From contig CAXXJJ010000004.1 of assembly GCA_963667015.2 (NCBI GenBank), positions 1,888,001 through 1,952,000 on the forward strand: a stretch of 64,000 bases of DNA. Direction: 5' to 3'. This document shows, piece by piece, positions 10,410-20,941 of this stretch. The position numbers and the translations under genes were made by a program. This DNA comes from Desulfatiglandales bacterium. Its GTDB lineage: Bacteria; Desulfobacterota; DSM-4660; Desulfatiglandales; HGW-15. The notes beneath the pieces are model-generated. The model ran no database searches. It saw nothing but the letters and a program-made list of their open reading frames with translations, and had not been told where the DNA came from. How positions within the stretch are numbered: the stretch's first letter is position 1; every line of letters begins with the position of its first letter.

Positions 10410-11666
10410 TTACTTTAGAAAATCCGGAATTACTTCACCTTTCACAAGATCTTCATAGGTTTCTCTTTCACGGATTGTATAATATCTGTCACCCTTGACC
10501 ATGACCTCGGCTACCCTGGGTCTTGAATTATATGATGATGACATGCTGAAACCGTAGGCACCTGCACTCATGACAGCTATAAGTTCATCCTGTTTCAGGG
10601 ATGGCAGTTCTCTGTTCTTTGCCAGGAAATCTCCCGATTCGCATATGGGGCCTACAATATCCATATTTATTATGTCTGTGGAATTCATCTTTACAGGTTT
10701 TACGCTGTGATATGATCCATAAAGACTTGGTCTGGCAAGATCATTCATTGCAGCATCAACTACTGTAAAATTCTTATCCTCGTTGGCCTTTGTATATAAA
10801 ACCTTTGCAACCAGTATACCGGAATTTGCCATGATTACCCTTCCCGGTTCAAGGATAAGTGTAAGTCCCATGTCACCCAGATTTTCCTTGAGGGCAGCAG
10901 CATATTCTTTCGGCAGCGGTGGTTTTTCATCATTGTAGGTGACACCCAGACCGCCCCCGAGATCGAGATTTTTTATTTTGATTCCGGCTTCTTCCAGCCT
11001 GACAATAAGTTCCTTGACCTTCTTTAGTGCGTCAACAAAGGGACTTACCTTTGTAAGCTGAGAACCTATGTGACAGGATACCCCTGTTACCTCAATATTG
11101 TCCATTTTTGAGGCGGCTGCATATTCATCAAATGATTTAGTGATATCAATACCGAATTTATTTTCCTTCAGGCCCGTGGAGATATAGGGGTGGGTCTGAG
11201 GGTCAACATCAGGATTGACACGGATAGCAATCCGCGCCTTTTTGCCGATACTGCCGGCAACTTCATTAAGTCTTATTATCTCCTGTGGAGACTCGGCATT
11301 AAACATAAGAATATCGGATTTCAGCGCATACTCAATTTCTTCCGCAGTTTTACCAACCCCTGAATAGACGATTTTATCAGGGATAACACCCGCCTTCAGA
11401 GCACGATAGAGCTCTCCGCCAGAAACGATATCCACTCCTCCTCCTGCCTGAGAAAAAAGCCTCAGAATAGCGCCGTTGGAGTTTGACTTCATTGAAAAGC
11501 AGGTAATATGATCTATTCCGTTAAAAGCCTCGTTAAATACCCTGAAATGTCTTTCAAGAGTTGCATAGGAATAGAGATAAAAAGGGGTTTTTACCTCCCG
11601 TGCGATTTCAGATATCTTTGTATCTTCACAATAAAGTTCCTGATCTTTATATTCAAAAAAATGCAT
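10410..11666 (-). CDS. lysA: Diaminopimelate decarboxylase
   Basis: SMKSNS, DIVSGGEL, HPYISTGLKENKFG, HIGSQ, EPGR, GPICESGD. Confidence 0.97.
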   Translation of the reverse strand: MHFFEYKDQELYCEDTKISEIAREVKTPFYLYSYATLERHFRVFNEAFNGIDHITCFSMKSNSNGAILRLFSQAGGGVDIVSGGELYRALKAGVIPDKIVYSGVGKTAEEIEYALKSDILMFNAESPQEIIRLNEVAGSIGKKARIAIRVNPDVDPQTHPYISTGLKENKFGIDITKSFDEYAAASKMDNIEVTGVSCHIGSQLTKVSPFVDALKKVKELIVRLEEAGIKIKNLDLGGGLGVTYNDEKPPLPKEYAAALKENLGDMGLTLILEPGRVIMANSGILVAKVLYTKANEDKNFTVVDAAMNDLARPSLYGSYHSVKPVKMNSTDIINMDIVGPICESGDFLAKNRELPSLKQDELIAVMSAGAYGFSMSSSYNSRPRVAEVMVKGDRYYTIRERETYEDLVKGEVIPDFLK

Positions 11667-11707
11667 ATTTTATATATTCCTTTTGATTAATTGCTTTTAA
11701 ATTAAAA

Positions 11708-11848
11708 TCATTCTTGATTTTTCCCTTCTTCGGAAATGTTGACTACTCCCTTATCGGAGAAGACCGGGGGAGTTTTTCTTCCGCATCCGGCAAACAAAAC
11801 AATGAATAAAAGCAGTACAAACATAATAATCAATCTTCTGCTGTTCAA
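11708..11848 (-). CDS. Small lipoprotein, LptM/YifL-like (46 aa, not in ORF track)
   Basis: TTG start overlapping the argH stop: MNSRRLIIMFVLLLFIVLFAGCGRKTPPVFSDKGVVNISEEGKNQE; lipobox FAGC + GRKTPP; directly upstream of lysA-dapF. Confidence 0.7.
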   Translation of the reverse strand: MNSRRLIIMFVLLLFIVLFAGCGRKTPPVFSDKGVVNISEEGKNQE

Positions 11849-13224
11849 GATTTAATCTCCTTTAAGGCCTTTGCAAGACTCTTTTTAACCGCTTCAGAGC
11901 CGGTACCTCCATGAAGATTTCTTCTCTTTACAGCGGAAGCAGGTTCGAGCCAGTCATAGACATCCTTTGTAATCTGCCTGGCAAAGCCCTGCAGTTCCTG
12001 AAGGGTGAGCTGTTTAAGCGTCCTGCTTTCTTCAATGGCAAAGAGGACTACCCTTCCTACAACCTCATGGGCGTTCCTGAAGGTCATCCCTTTGTTAACA
12101 AGGTAGTCAGCAAGATCTGTTGCCATAAGGTGACCCTCTTCAGTTGCACTTTCCATCCTTTGGCTGTCAAAGGTAATTTCACTTACCAGCATACTGAGAA
12201 CCGTTAAGCACTGTTCTACAGTATCGACAGTATCAAAGAGACCTTCCTTGTCTTCCTGCATATCCTTGTTATATGTAAGAGGAAGTCCTTTCATTGTTGT
12301 CAGAAGCCCAGTCAGGTTGCCGTATACCCTTCCGGTTTTACCCCTGATGAGCTCAAGCACATCGGGATTTTTTTTCTGGGGCATGATACTGCTTCCGGTA
12401 CAGAAAGCATCGGGCAGAATCACAAAACCGAACTCCCTGCTTGACCACAGCACTATTTCTTCACTTAATCTGCTCAGGTGCATCATAAGCACCGAGGCTG
12501 CAAACAGGTACTCAAGGACAAAGTCACGGTCACTTACTGCATCCATGCTGTTATCGGATATGGAATCAAATCCAAGTTCTTCTGCCACCATATTGCGATC
12601 AAGATTAAATGTAGTGCCTGCAAGTGCCGCGCTTCCCAGAGGGAGAACATTGACTCTTTTTAGGCAGTCACTGAAACGGGCAGAATCCCGTTTAAGCATC
12701 TCGTAATAAGCAAGAAGATGATGCGCAAGCAGGACAGGCTGTGCCGGCTGCATATGGGTATAACCCGGCATCAGAACAGTGCTGTTTTTATCAGCCAGCA
12801 CTACGAGCGATGTCTGCATATCCCTGATAAGGGAAAGCATCCTTTCAACTGCTCCTCTCACATAAAGCCTTACATCAAGAGCGACCTGATCATTCCTGCT
12901 TCTTCCGGCATGTACCTTTTCTCCAAGCTGCCCGACCTTTTCAATAAGTGTCTTCTCAACAAGGGAATGGATATCTTCATGGTCCTCACCGGCAATAAAC
13001 TCACCCCTGGAAATCTCTCTTTTTATCTCTACCAGGGCGCCGATTATCTGTGAGGCATCATCTTCTGTGATAATACCCTGTTTTGCAAGCATACGGCAGT
13101 GGGCCATGGATCCGTCTATATCCTGGCTGTAGAGTCTTTTATCAAAATTAATGGAGGCGTTGAATGCGTCAACAATTTCATTGATATTTTCCTTAAATCG
13201 CCCGCCCCATACTTTTTTTGCCAT
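11845..13224 (-). CDS. argH: Argininosuccinate lyase
   Basis: WGGRF, GRSRNDQ, MPGYTH, GSSIMPQKKNPD. Confidence 0.97.
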   Translation of the reverse strand: MAKKVWGGRFKENINEIVDAFNASINFDKRLYSQDIDGSMAHCRMLAKQGIITEDDASQIIGALVEIKREISRGEFIAGEDHEDIHSLVEKTLIEKVGQLGEKVHAGRSRNDQVALDVRLYVRGAVERMLSLIRDMQTSLVVLADKNSTVLMPGYTHMQPAQPVLLAHHLLAYYEMLKRDSARFSDCLKRVNVLPLGSAALAGTTFNLDRNMVAEELGFDSISDNSMDAVSDRDFVLEYLFAASVLMMHLSRLSEEIVLWSSREFGFVILPDAFCTGSSIMPQKKNPDVLELIRGKTGRVYGNLTGLLTTMKGLPLTYNKDMQEDKEGLFDTVDTVEQCLTVLSMLVSEITFDSQRMESATEEGHLMATDLADYLVNKGMTFRNAHEVVGRVVLFAIEESRTLKQLTLQELQGFARQITKDVYDWLEPASAVKRRNLHGGTGSEAVKKSLAKALKEIKS

Positions 13225-13265
13225 TTAATTCTTCCTTTTATTAAACAGTATTTTATAAGCATCCG

Positions 13266-13289
13266 GCTGACAGCTGAACGCTGACAGCT
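13266..13289. repeat. Heptamer tandem repeat (GCTGACA/GCTGAAC)
   Basis: gctgaca gctgaac gctgaca gct between argG and argH. Confidence 0.7.
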
Positions 13290-13315
13290 TAAATTCAAAA
13301 ACTATGTTTTTGAAT

Positions 13316-14521
13316 TTACTTTTTCTTCATAAGACTTGCTATCCGCAGCCTCAATGCATTCAGTTTGATAAAACCTTCCGCATCCGCCTGGTTATATACA
13401 TCCTCTCCTTCAAAGGTGGCATATTCAGGATTAAACAGTGAAGAATCTGATTTTCTGCCAACCGTAACGCAGTTACCCTTGTAAAGTTTAAGACGTGCTG
13501 TTCCGGTTACGTTTTCCTGGCTTTTATCAATAAGGGCCTGCATCATCTCCCTTTCGGGCGAGAACCAGTAACCGTTATATATCAGGTCAGCGTAACGGGG
13601 AACAAGGCCATCCCGGATATGCATTACTTCCCGGTCCATTGTTATGGACTCTACAGCCTGATGAGCGACCCTCAGTATTGTTCCGCCCGGGGTCTCATAG
13701 ACACCCCTGGATTTCATACCCACATAACGGTTTTCAACAAGATCAAACCTGCCTATTCCGTTTTTCCCTCCCAGATCATTAAGGTATGCGAGGAGTTCGG
13801 CAGGACTCATTTTTTTGCCATCCACTGCAACAGGATTACCCTTTTCAAAATCCACCTCAATATAGGTTGCCTTGTCCGGTGCATTTTCAGGAGATACGGA
13901 AAGAACAAACATATCTTCCTTTGCCTCTGCCCATGTATCTTCCAGGATACCGCCCTCAAAACTGATATGAAGAAGGTTTCTGTCACTTGAATAGGGTTTT
14001 GCCTTTGTCACGGGCACAGGTATGTTTTTTTTCTTTGCATAGGCAACAAGGTCTTCCCTGCCTTTAAAATCCCAGGTCCTCCAGGGTGCTATAATCTTGA
14101 TGCCCGGTTCCAGCGCCATATAAGCCATTTCAAACCTTACCTGGTCATTCCCCTTGCCTGTAGCACCATGAGACACAGCATCAGCGCCTGTCTTCCTGGC
14201 TGCCTCAATCTGTCGCAATGCTATTAAGGGCCGTGCAAGTGACGTCCCCAGAAGATATCCGGACTCATAGACTGCGTTTGCCCTCAGGGCCGGCCAAACA
14301 TAATCGTTAACGAACTCTTCACGAAGATCTTCTATAATTACCTCTTCGGCGCCCGTCTTTATTGCCTTCTCCCTGATCTCATCGACCTCATCTCCCTGTC
14401 CGAGGTCAGCAGCATATGCGACTACAGGGCATTGATATGTATCTTTCAACCAGGCAAGAATTACCGATGTATCCAGTCCGCCTGAATAGGCCAGCACTAT
14501 TTTATTAACTTTTTCACTCAT
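13316..14521 (-). CDS. argG: Argininosuccinate synthase
   Basis: [41 protein letters not shown]. Confidence 0.98.
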   Translation of the reverse strand: MSEKVNKIVLAYSGGLDTSVILAWLKDTYQCPVVAYAADLGQGDEVDEIREKAIKTGAEEVIIEDLREEFVNDYVWPALRANAVYESGYLLGTSLARPLIALRQIEAARKTGADAVSHGATGKGNDQVRFEMAYMALEPGIKIIAPWRTWDFKGREDLVAYAKKKNIPVPVTKAKPYSSDRNLLHISFEGGILEDTWAEAKEDMFVLSVSPENAPDKATYIEVDFEKGNPVAVDGKKMSPAELLAYLNDLGGKNGIGRFDLVENRYVGMKSRGVYETPGGTILRVAHQAVESITMDREVMHIRDGLVPRYADLIYNGYWFSPEREMMQALIDKSQENVTGTARLKLYKGNCVTVGRKSDSSLFNPEYATFEGEDVYNQADAEGFIKLNALRLRIASLMKKK

Positions 14522-14535
14522 TATGTTTCTCCTAT

Positions 14536-15432
14536 TTATCCTGCAATTATCGTTTCCAGCAATGCCTGATGGAGGTGAAGTTTGTTCTCAGCCTGATCAA
14601 ATACTACGGAATTGGGACCGTCCAGCACTTCCGATGTAATTTCTTCACCCCGGTGTGCAGGCAGACAGTGCATGACAATGACATCAGGTTCTGCGAGTTT
14701 AACAAGCTTTGTATCGACCTGGTATGCCTTGAAATCCGCAAGCCTCTGTTCTTCCTCATCCTCCTGCCCCATGCTGGCCCAAACATCAGTATTGATAACT
14801 GCCGCACCCTTTGCCGCCTCTTCCGGGTCATCAACAACCCTGATATTATCGCTGCTTCCATCCATAATTTGCGGCAGGGGCTTATAGCCCTTCGGGCAGG
14901 CCAGTGCAAGCTCAAAGCCCAGAACCTGAGCCGCCATTATCCATGAATGGGCCACATTATTTCCATCACCGATCCAGGCGATCTTGATACCATTTAAAGA
15001 ACCCTTCTTCTCTTTAACCGTTACCATATCGCTCAGTACCTGACAGGGATGATATAGGTCTGACAGGGCATTTATTACGGGGATATCAGAATATTTTGCC
15101 ATCTCCTCCAGAAGATCCTGGGAGTAGGTTCTTATTGCCAGTGCATCAATATAACGTGACAGCACCTTGGCAGTATCATGTATATTCTCGTCCCTCGACA
15201 TCTGGGTATCGGATCTGTTTAAAAAGATGGTCTGACCTCCCAGTCTGAACATGGCTATTTCAAAAGACACACGTGTTCTGGTCGATGCCTTTTCAAAAAT
15301 GAGGCCCAGTGTATACCCCTGAAGGGAACGGTTTGCATTTCTTTCCTGGGATTTAATTTCAATAGCCCGGTCGATTAAGGCCAGGATTTCTTCCTTGCTC
15401 AAGTCATTTATGGATAGTAGGTGTTTTTTCAT
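14536..15432 (-). CDS. argF: Ornithine carbamoyltransferase
   Basis: [27 protein letters not shown]. Confidence 0.97.
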   Translation of the reverse strand: MKKHLLSINDLSKEEILALIDRAIEIKSQERNANRSLQGYTLGLIFEKASTRTRVSFEIAMFRLGGQTIFLNRSDTQMSRDENIHDTAKVLSRYIDALAIRTYSQDLLEEMAKYSDIPVINALSDLYHPCQVLSDMVTVKEKKGSLNGIKIAWIGDGNNVAHSWIMAAQVLGFELALACPKGYKPLPQIMDGSSDNIRVVDDPEEAAKGAAVINTDVWASMGQEDEEEQRLADFKAYQVDTKLVKLAEPDVIVMHCLPAHRGEEITSEVLDGPNSVVFDQAENKLHLHQALLETIIAG

Positions 15433-16628
15433 TTAATATTCCCGAAAATTTCATTTAAACAGTTTATAAGCGAGTCAACTTCTTCCTTTGAAATAATCAA
15501 AGGGGGCACAAAACGGAGTACTTTCTCATGAGCACAAACTATTAAAAAACCCTTATCCATGCATTGAGTAACTATTCCTGCTCCGGGCATATCCAGTTCC
15601 AGCCCGTTTATAAGTCCGTATCCGCGCACATCCTTTATAAAACTATATTTTTCCTTCAGTTCAAAAAGTTTTTGCCTGAAGTATTCACCTGTTTCACTGC
15701 ATTTTTCAAGAATGCCGTCTTCCAAAAGCGATTTCACCACCGCCTCGGCCACAGCTGTAACCAGCGGTGTACCGCCGAATGTAGTTGCATGGCTGCCCGG
15801 TCCAAACGCGCTGTTGAGCTCTTCCTTGGCAAGCATTGCACCGATGGGAAGACCGTTACCGAGAGCCTTTGCAAGAGTCATGATATCAGGTTCGACATCA
15901 AAATTCTCATAGGCAAAAAGCTTCCCAGTTCTGCCTGTTCCTACCTGCACCTCATCAAAAATAAGCAGGATATTTTTGCTGTCACAGATTTCCCTTACAG
16001 ATTTCAGGTAACCCGGTTCAGGACATATAACCCCGCCTTCCCCCTGTATAGGCTCCAGCATTACAGCACACACTGTATCATCAATGGCATTCTCCAGAGC
16101 GGCAGCATCATTAAAGGGGACGAATTTAAAGCCAACCAGCAGGGGATTATATCCTTTCTTTATCTTATCCTGACCGGTCGCGGAGAGTGTCGCCATTGTC
16201 CTGCCATGGAATGAATTTTCCATGGTAATTATTGTGTTCCGGCCTGAACCGTATTTTTCATTTGAATAGCGTCGGGCAAGCTTGATAGCCGCCTCATTTG
16301 CTTCAGCACCGCTGTTGCAGAAAAATACCCTGTCTGCGAAAGAATTTTCCACAAGGAGTCTGGCCAGTCTTGTCTGGGGCACTGTATAGTACAGGTTTGA
16401 CACATGAACCAGTTCCGTTGCCTGTTCCGCCAGTGCATCTGCAACAACAGGAGAACTGTGTCCAAGGGAGCATACTGCAATTCCGCCTACAAAATCGATA
16501 TACTCTTTTCCATGTTCATCCCACACACGACATCCATCCCCCTTAACAAGTGTAAGTGGAAAACGGCCGTAGGTCTGAAACATATATTTATCGGCCTGGT
16601 TCTGGATGTCTGTTTTCTGTTCACTCAT
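15429..16628 (-). CDS. argD: Acetylornithine aminotransferase (start taken at MSEQKTDIQ)
   Basis: NSGAEANE, SFHGRT, EPIQGEGG, FDEVQ.G.GRTG, AKALGNG. The ORF track start (16733) overlaps argB; a GGAG RBS precedes 16628. Confidence 0.93.
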   Translation of the reverse strand: MSEQKTDIQNQADKYMFQTYGRFPLTLVKGDGCRVWDEHGKEYIDFVGGIAVCSLGHSSPVVADALAEQATELVHVSNLYYTVPQTRLARLLVENSFADRVFFCNSGAEANEAAIKLARRYSNEKYGSGRNTIITMENSFHGRTMATLSATGQDKIKKGYNPLLVGFKFVPFNDAAALENAIDDTVCAVMLEPIQGEGGVICPEPGYLKSVREICDSKNILLIFDEVQVGTGRTGKLFAYENFDVEPDIMTLAKALGNGLPIGAMLAKEELNSAFGPGSHATTFGGTPLVTAVAEAVVKSLLEDGILEKCSETGEYFRQKLFELKEKYSFIKDVRGYGLINGLELDMPGAGIVTQCMDKGFLIVCAHEKVLRFVPPLIISKEEVDSLINCLNEIFGNIK

Positions 16629-16656
16629 TTTTTTATCTCCATGTTCCAAATCAACG

Positions 16657-17541
16657 CTACTTAATGATCTCAGTTCCAATTCCGCCCTTTGTGAATATTT
16701 CAAGCAGGATAGCATGTTCTTTTCTGCCGTCAATTATATGGGCCTTGCTTACACCAGTGGCCAGAGCCTCCAGACAGCAGTTTACCTTTGGGATCATGCC
16801 GCCTTTAATAGTCCCCTCTTTTATAAGCTCCCCGATTTCATCAGCCCTGATACTTGATATCAGATCTCCATTCTTATCAAGAACTCCCTCTGTATCAGTG
16901 AGCAGTATCAGTTTACGGGCCTTTAGAGAAGCGGCTATGCTGCCTGCAACAAGGTCGGCATTGATATTAAATGTCTTACCGCCTTCTCCCACGCCAACAG
17001 GGGCTATTACCGGGATAAACTGGGCATCGATAAGGCTCAGGAGCACCCTGTTGTTTACCTTCTCGATTTCCCCCACCATGCCTATATCAATAATCTCCGG
17101 AGGCTGGTTATCTCCTTTATCCCTCATATATTTCATTTTGCGGGCGATTAAAAGCTTACCGTCCTTGCCCGAAAGCCCTACCGACTGACCGCCGTTCTGG
17201 TTTATGAAAGAAACAATCTCCTTGTTGACCTTTCCTACCAGGACCATTTCAACCACGTCCATGGTCTCCTGATCCGTTACTCTCATCCCGTCAACAAACT
17301 GCGACTCGATAGAAAGGCTTTTGAGCAGCTTGCCTATCTGCGGGCCTCCGCCGTGTACAACAACCGGATTAAGCCCGACATATTTCATCAGTATTATGTC
17401 CAGGGCAAAGTTCTTTTTGAGATTTTCATCCACCATGGCATTCCCGCCATACTTGACCACGATAGTCTCATTATTGAACTTCTGAATATATGGCAGCGCC
17501 TCAATAAGAACACTGGCAGTATTTGGTATCTGTTCACTCAT
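16657..17541 (-). CDS. argB: Acetylglutamate kinase
   Basis: [26 protein letters not shown]. Confidence 0.97.
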   Translation of the reverse strand: MSEQIPNTASVLIEALPYIQKFNNETIVVKYGGNAMVDENLKKNFALDIILMKYVGLNPVVVHGGGPQIGKLLKSLSIESQFVDGMRVTDQETMDVVEMVLVGKVNKEIVSFINQNGGQSVGLSGKDGKLLIARKMKYMRDKGDNQPPEIIDIGMVGEIEKVNNRVLLSLIDAQFIPVIAPVGVGEGGKTFNINADLVAGSIAASLKARKLILLTDTEGVLDKNGDLISSIRADEIGELIKEGTIKGGMIPKVNCCLEALATGVSKAHIIDGRKEHAILLEIFTKGGIGTEIIK

Positions 17542-17587
17542 GTTTTAACTCGAATAAATTTTTTTTTGGTTTTTGCCTTTGTTTTTA

Positions 17588-17619
17588 CCCTGCACCCTGA
17601 ACCATGCGCCTTGAGCCTT
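17588..17619. repeat. Heptamer tandem repeat (CCCTGCA/CCCTGAA/CCATGCG/CCTTGAG)
   Basis: Four degenerate 7-mers between hslU and argB. Confidence 0.55.
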
Positions 17620-19013
17620 TAAAGGATGTACCTGCTAAGGTTTTCATCCTCCATGATATCCTCCAGCTTACCCTTAACATAGTCACTGTCTATTACCACG
17701 GATTTGGTTTCAAGATCAGGCGCATCAAAAGATATCTCATCAAGCAGTTTTTCCATTACCGTATGAAGACGCCTTGCACCGATATTTTCCATCTGTTCAT
17801 TGACGGTCGCAGATATTGAGGCAATCTCTTCAATGGCGGAATCCTCAAATACCAGGTCAATACCCTCTGTTTCAAGAAGCGCCTTATACTGAGTAATGAG
17901 GGCATTCTGCGGTTCAGTAAGAATCCTGATAAAATCCTCCATATCGAGTGAATCAAGCTCAACCCTTATAGGGAACCTTCCCTGCAGTTCAGGAAGCAGA
18001 TCAGAAGGTTTACTCACATTAAATGCCCCTGCTGCAATAAACAGGATATGGTCCGTCTTTACCATTCCGTATTTTGTAATCACGGTTGAACCTTCAACAA
18101 TGGGGAGCAGGTCACGCTGCACACCTTCACGTGACACATCAGGACCCTGCCTTGAGTCGTTGCCTGCCACCTTGTCAAGCTCATCCAGAAAGATAATACC
18201 ATTCTGCTCTGTATTGCGTATAGCCTCCGATGTTACCTTTTCCATATCTATAAGCTTCTGTGACTCTTCCTGGAATAAAACCTCAAGGGCCTCGGGAACC
18301 TTAAGCCTTCGTTTTTTGTTCTTTCCTGGAAAGATATTGCCAAGCATATCTTTCATATTGAATTCCATCTCCTCGATACCGGAACTGGAAAAAATCTCGA
18401 TCATGGGAGTTGCCTTATGGGATGTTTCAAGCTCCACATACCTGTTGTCCAGTTTACCGTCCTTCAGCATCTGCCTCAGCTTGTCCCTTGTCTTGGTATT
18501 ATCGGGCGGTTCAGGAACGGCTATATCAAGTGAATTTTCTCTATCCTGCTCCACATTCTCCGGAGCCGGGGGGGCATCTGCATTACCGGGCAGAAGCATA
18601 TCAAGGAGTCTTTCCTGTGCCATCTCCTCCGCTTTGATCTTTACATCCTCCTGCTCCTCTTTTTTTGTCATATTTACGGCAAGCTCTGTCAGGTCCCTTA
18701 TCATTGACTCTACATCCCTGCCGATATAACCCACTTCCGTGAATTTAGTTGCCTCCACCTTAATAAAGGGAGATTTAGCAAGAGTTGCAAGACGCCTGGC
18801 TATTTCAGTTTTTCCTACCCCTGTCGGACCTATCATTATAATATTTTTAGGGGCTATTTCATCCCTTAATTCCGGGGTTACCTGCTGCCTTCTCCACCTG
18901 TTTCTCAGGGCGATTGCAACTGAACGCTTGGCCGGATCCTGGCCTATTATATATTTATCAAGTTCGGCAACTATCTCTGCCGGTGTCAGCATTTTCATCG
19001 AATTTTCCATCAT
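17619..19013 (-). CDS. hslU: HslUV protease ATPase subunit
   Basis: [50 protein letters not shown]. Confidence 0.98.
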   Translation of the reverse strand: MMENSMKMLTPAEIVAELDKYIIGQDPAKRSVAIALRNRWRRQQVTPELRDEIAPKNIIMIGPTGVGKTEIARRLATLAKSPFIKVEATKFTEVGYIGRDVESMIRDLTELAVNMTKKEEQEDVKIKAEEMAQERLLDMLLPGNADAPPAPENVEQDRENSLDIAVPEPPDNTKTRDKLRQMLKDGKLDNRYVELETSHKATPMIEIFSSSGIEEMEFNMKDMLGNIFPGKNKKRRLKVPEALEVLFQEESQKLIDMEKVTSEAIRNTEQNGIIFLDELDKVAGNDSRQGPDVSREGVQRDLLPIVEGSTVITKYGMVKTDHILFIAAGAFNVSKPSDLLPELQGRFPIRVELDSLDMEDFIRILTEPQNALITQYKALLETEGIDLVFEDSAIEEIASISATVNEQMENIGARRLHTVMEKLLDEISFDAPDLETKSVVIDSDYVKGKLEDIMEDENLSRYIL

Positions 19014-19035
19014 ATTACCTTAATTTAACACATCT

Positions 19036-19596
19036 TTAATCAGTTATATCAAGCTCAATTGTTTCAATCACATCATTTGTATAAAGACAAATAGTTGAAG
19101 TTATATGCATGGCCTCTCTGGCAATATCCAGTGCATCCAGATCGGAATGTTTTACCAGCGCCTTTGCCGCAGCCAGTGCATATGGGGCACCCGAACCGAT
19201 GCTTGCAACATCATCATCCGGTTCAATAACATCCCCGGTCCCCGAGATTATCAGGGTATGCTCCTGATCCATTGCCAGAAGAAGGGCTTCAAGGTTTCTT
19301 AAGACCTTGTCTGTACGCCAGTCCTTTGCCAGCTCAACGGCGGCCCGTGTCAACTGGCCCTTGTACTGCTCCAGTTTGCCCTCAAGCTTTTCAAAAAGAT
19401 TAAAGGCATCAGCAGCGGCGCCTGCGAATCCCACAATCACACTGTCATCATACATATAACGGACCTTTTTGGCCTTATGTTTCATAATGGTTTCGCCCAG
19501 CGTCACCTGCCCGTCTCCAGCCATTACACACCTGCCGTCTTTCCTCACTGCAAGAATAGTAGTCGCCCTTATCTTTTTATTTCCGTTTATTGCCAT
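19036..19596 (-). CDS. hslV: HslUV protease peptidase subunit
   Basis: [33 protein letters not shown]. Confidence 0.98.
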   Translation of the reverse strand: MAINGNKKIRATTILAVRKDGRCVMAGDGQVTLGETIMKHKAKKVRYMYDDSVIVGFAGAAADAFNLFEKLEGKLEQYKGQLTRAAVELAKDWRTDKVLRNLEALLLAMDQEHTLIISGTGDVIEPDDDVASIGSGAPYALAAAKALVKHSDLDALDIAREAMHITSTICLYTNDVIETIELDITD

Positions 19597-19615
19597 ATAT
19601 CCTTACCTTTTATCA

Positions 19616-20530
19616 CTATTTTCTTGGATGAGCCCTGTCATAGACTTCCATCAGTTTATCAAGAGACACATGAGTGTATCTCTGTGTCGTAGAAAGGCTT
19701 GCATGCCCTAATAGTTCCTGTACCGATCTGAGATCCGCCCCGCTGTCAAGGAGATGCGTTGCAAATGTATGCCTCAGCGAATGAGGTGTAATATCATTCA
19801 CCAGACCATATTTTACGGTAAACTTCTTTATAATAGTGCTTACACTTCTTGAACTCAGCCTCCCGCCGCTTTTATTCAGGAACAAAGGCCTTTTTGAAGA
19901 CCCATCCGCATTCCCGGTCTTTTTTCTAAGAAGAACTGACTGGTCCAGGTATTTTGCTACTGATGCAAGCGCCTTTTTTCCTATGGGCACTATCCGTTCC
20001 TTATTGCCCTTTCCTATTACTCTCACGAGCCGCTCTTTAAAATCAATATCCGTCAGATTCAGGCCGGTTAACTCAGAAACACGAATTCCGCAGGAATAAA
20101 GAACTTCCAGAATTGCCTGATTTCTTACCCCCTCAAGATTAACCGGCTCAGGGGCATCAAGAAGCATAAACATGTCGTCAATATTCAAATACTCCGGAAT
20201 ATAACTTCCCTGTTTTGGGGAGGATATCTCTGCGGCAGGATTACCTTCATTTAAATTGTTTTTTTCTAAAAAAACGAAAAAAGTACGAATAGCTGAAAGT
20301 TTTCGCGATATTGTTGTTTTCTTATATCTATTAAAAAGTCCCCCCAGATATGCCCTGATTACATGAAAATCTATTTGTTTAAGGTCTATATTTTTGCTAT
20401 CGTCATTTTTTTTTAAATAATCAAAAAAATGGCGCAGATCTGTCTCATAATTTCTGACAGTATTAAGGGAATACCCCCTCTGAGATTTTATGTAATCAAC
20501 AAACCTTTCTATGTATTCATTTATCGTCAT
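19616..20530 (-). CDS. xerC: Tyrosine recombinase XerC
   Basis: LYSCGIRVSE, GKGNKER, HSLRHTFATHLL, LLGHASLSTTQRYT; canonical xerC-hslVU order. Confidence 0.92.
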   Translation of the reverse strand: MTINEYIERFVDYIKSQRGYSLNTVRNYETDLRHFFDYLKKNDDSKNIDLKQIDFHVIRAYLGGLFNRYKKTTISRKLSAIRTFFVFLEKNNLNEGNPAAEISSPKQGSYIPEYLNIDDMFMLLDAPEPVNLEGVRNQAILEVLYSCGIRVSELTGLNLTDIDFKERLVRVIGKGNKERIVPIGKKALASVAKYLDQSVLLRKKTGNADGSSKRPLFLNKSGGRLSSRSVSTIIKKFTVKYGLVNDITPHSLRHTFATHLLDSGADLRSVQELLGHASLSTTQRYTHVSLDKLMEVYDRAHPRK

Positions 20531-20941
20531 TTTTTCAATGTATATTTCATTTTGAAAAAGTGTTTAAGATAACATATTCATATTAATTGGCAATTAAAAA
20601 ATCACAGCATTTTATGAGAGATAAAGAGGCTAAATTAGAGCCATTGAGACTTAACTGTCTAATAACTTAATAGTTTTACACGCAAAACTGTGCATCATGC
20701 ACATGTAAATGTTCATCTTTTCCCATTAAACAGCAGAAAAACTAACAGGCTTCAGTCTGTTTTTCCGATTCTTAAGGATTCAGAGAGGATTCGTATATAG
20801 ATTTCAGGAGGGTAATAAAAAGAATTTCCTGTCCTTAAACAGTACTCCATCGTTCCCAGGCTTCGACCGGGAAATCTTACCCGCTTTCTTGAGCATAGGA
20901 AGAACCTCATACCGGAATGCCGCGCTAAGGTCCTGTATAGG

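Noticed and set aside
19616..20530. xerC as the island integrase
   Set aside because: Typical chromosomal XerC in the conserved xerC-hslV-hslU-argB context.
20561..20590. Possible dif site next to xerC (minus strand ..TTATCTTAAAC)
   Set aside because: Only a XerD-like half is similar; no XerC arm or dyad symmetry, and the region is AT-rich.
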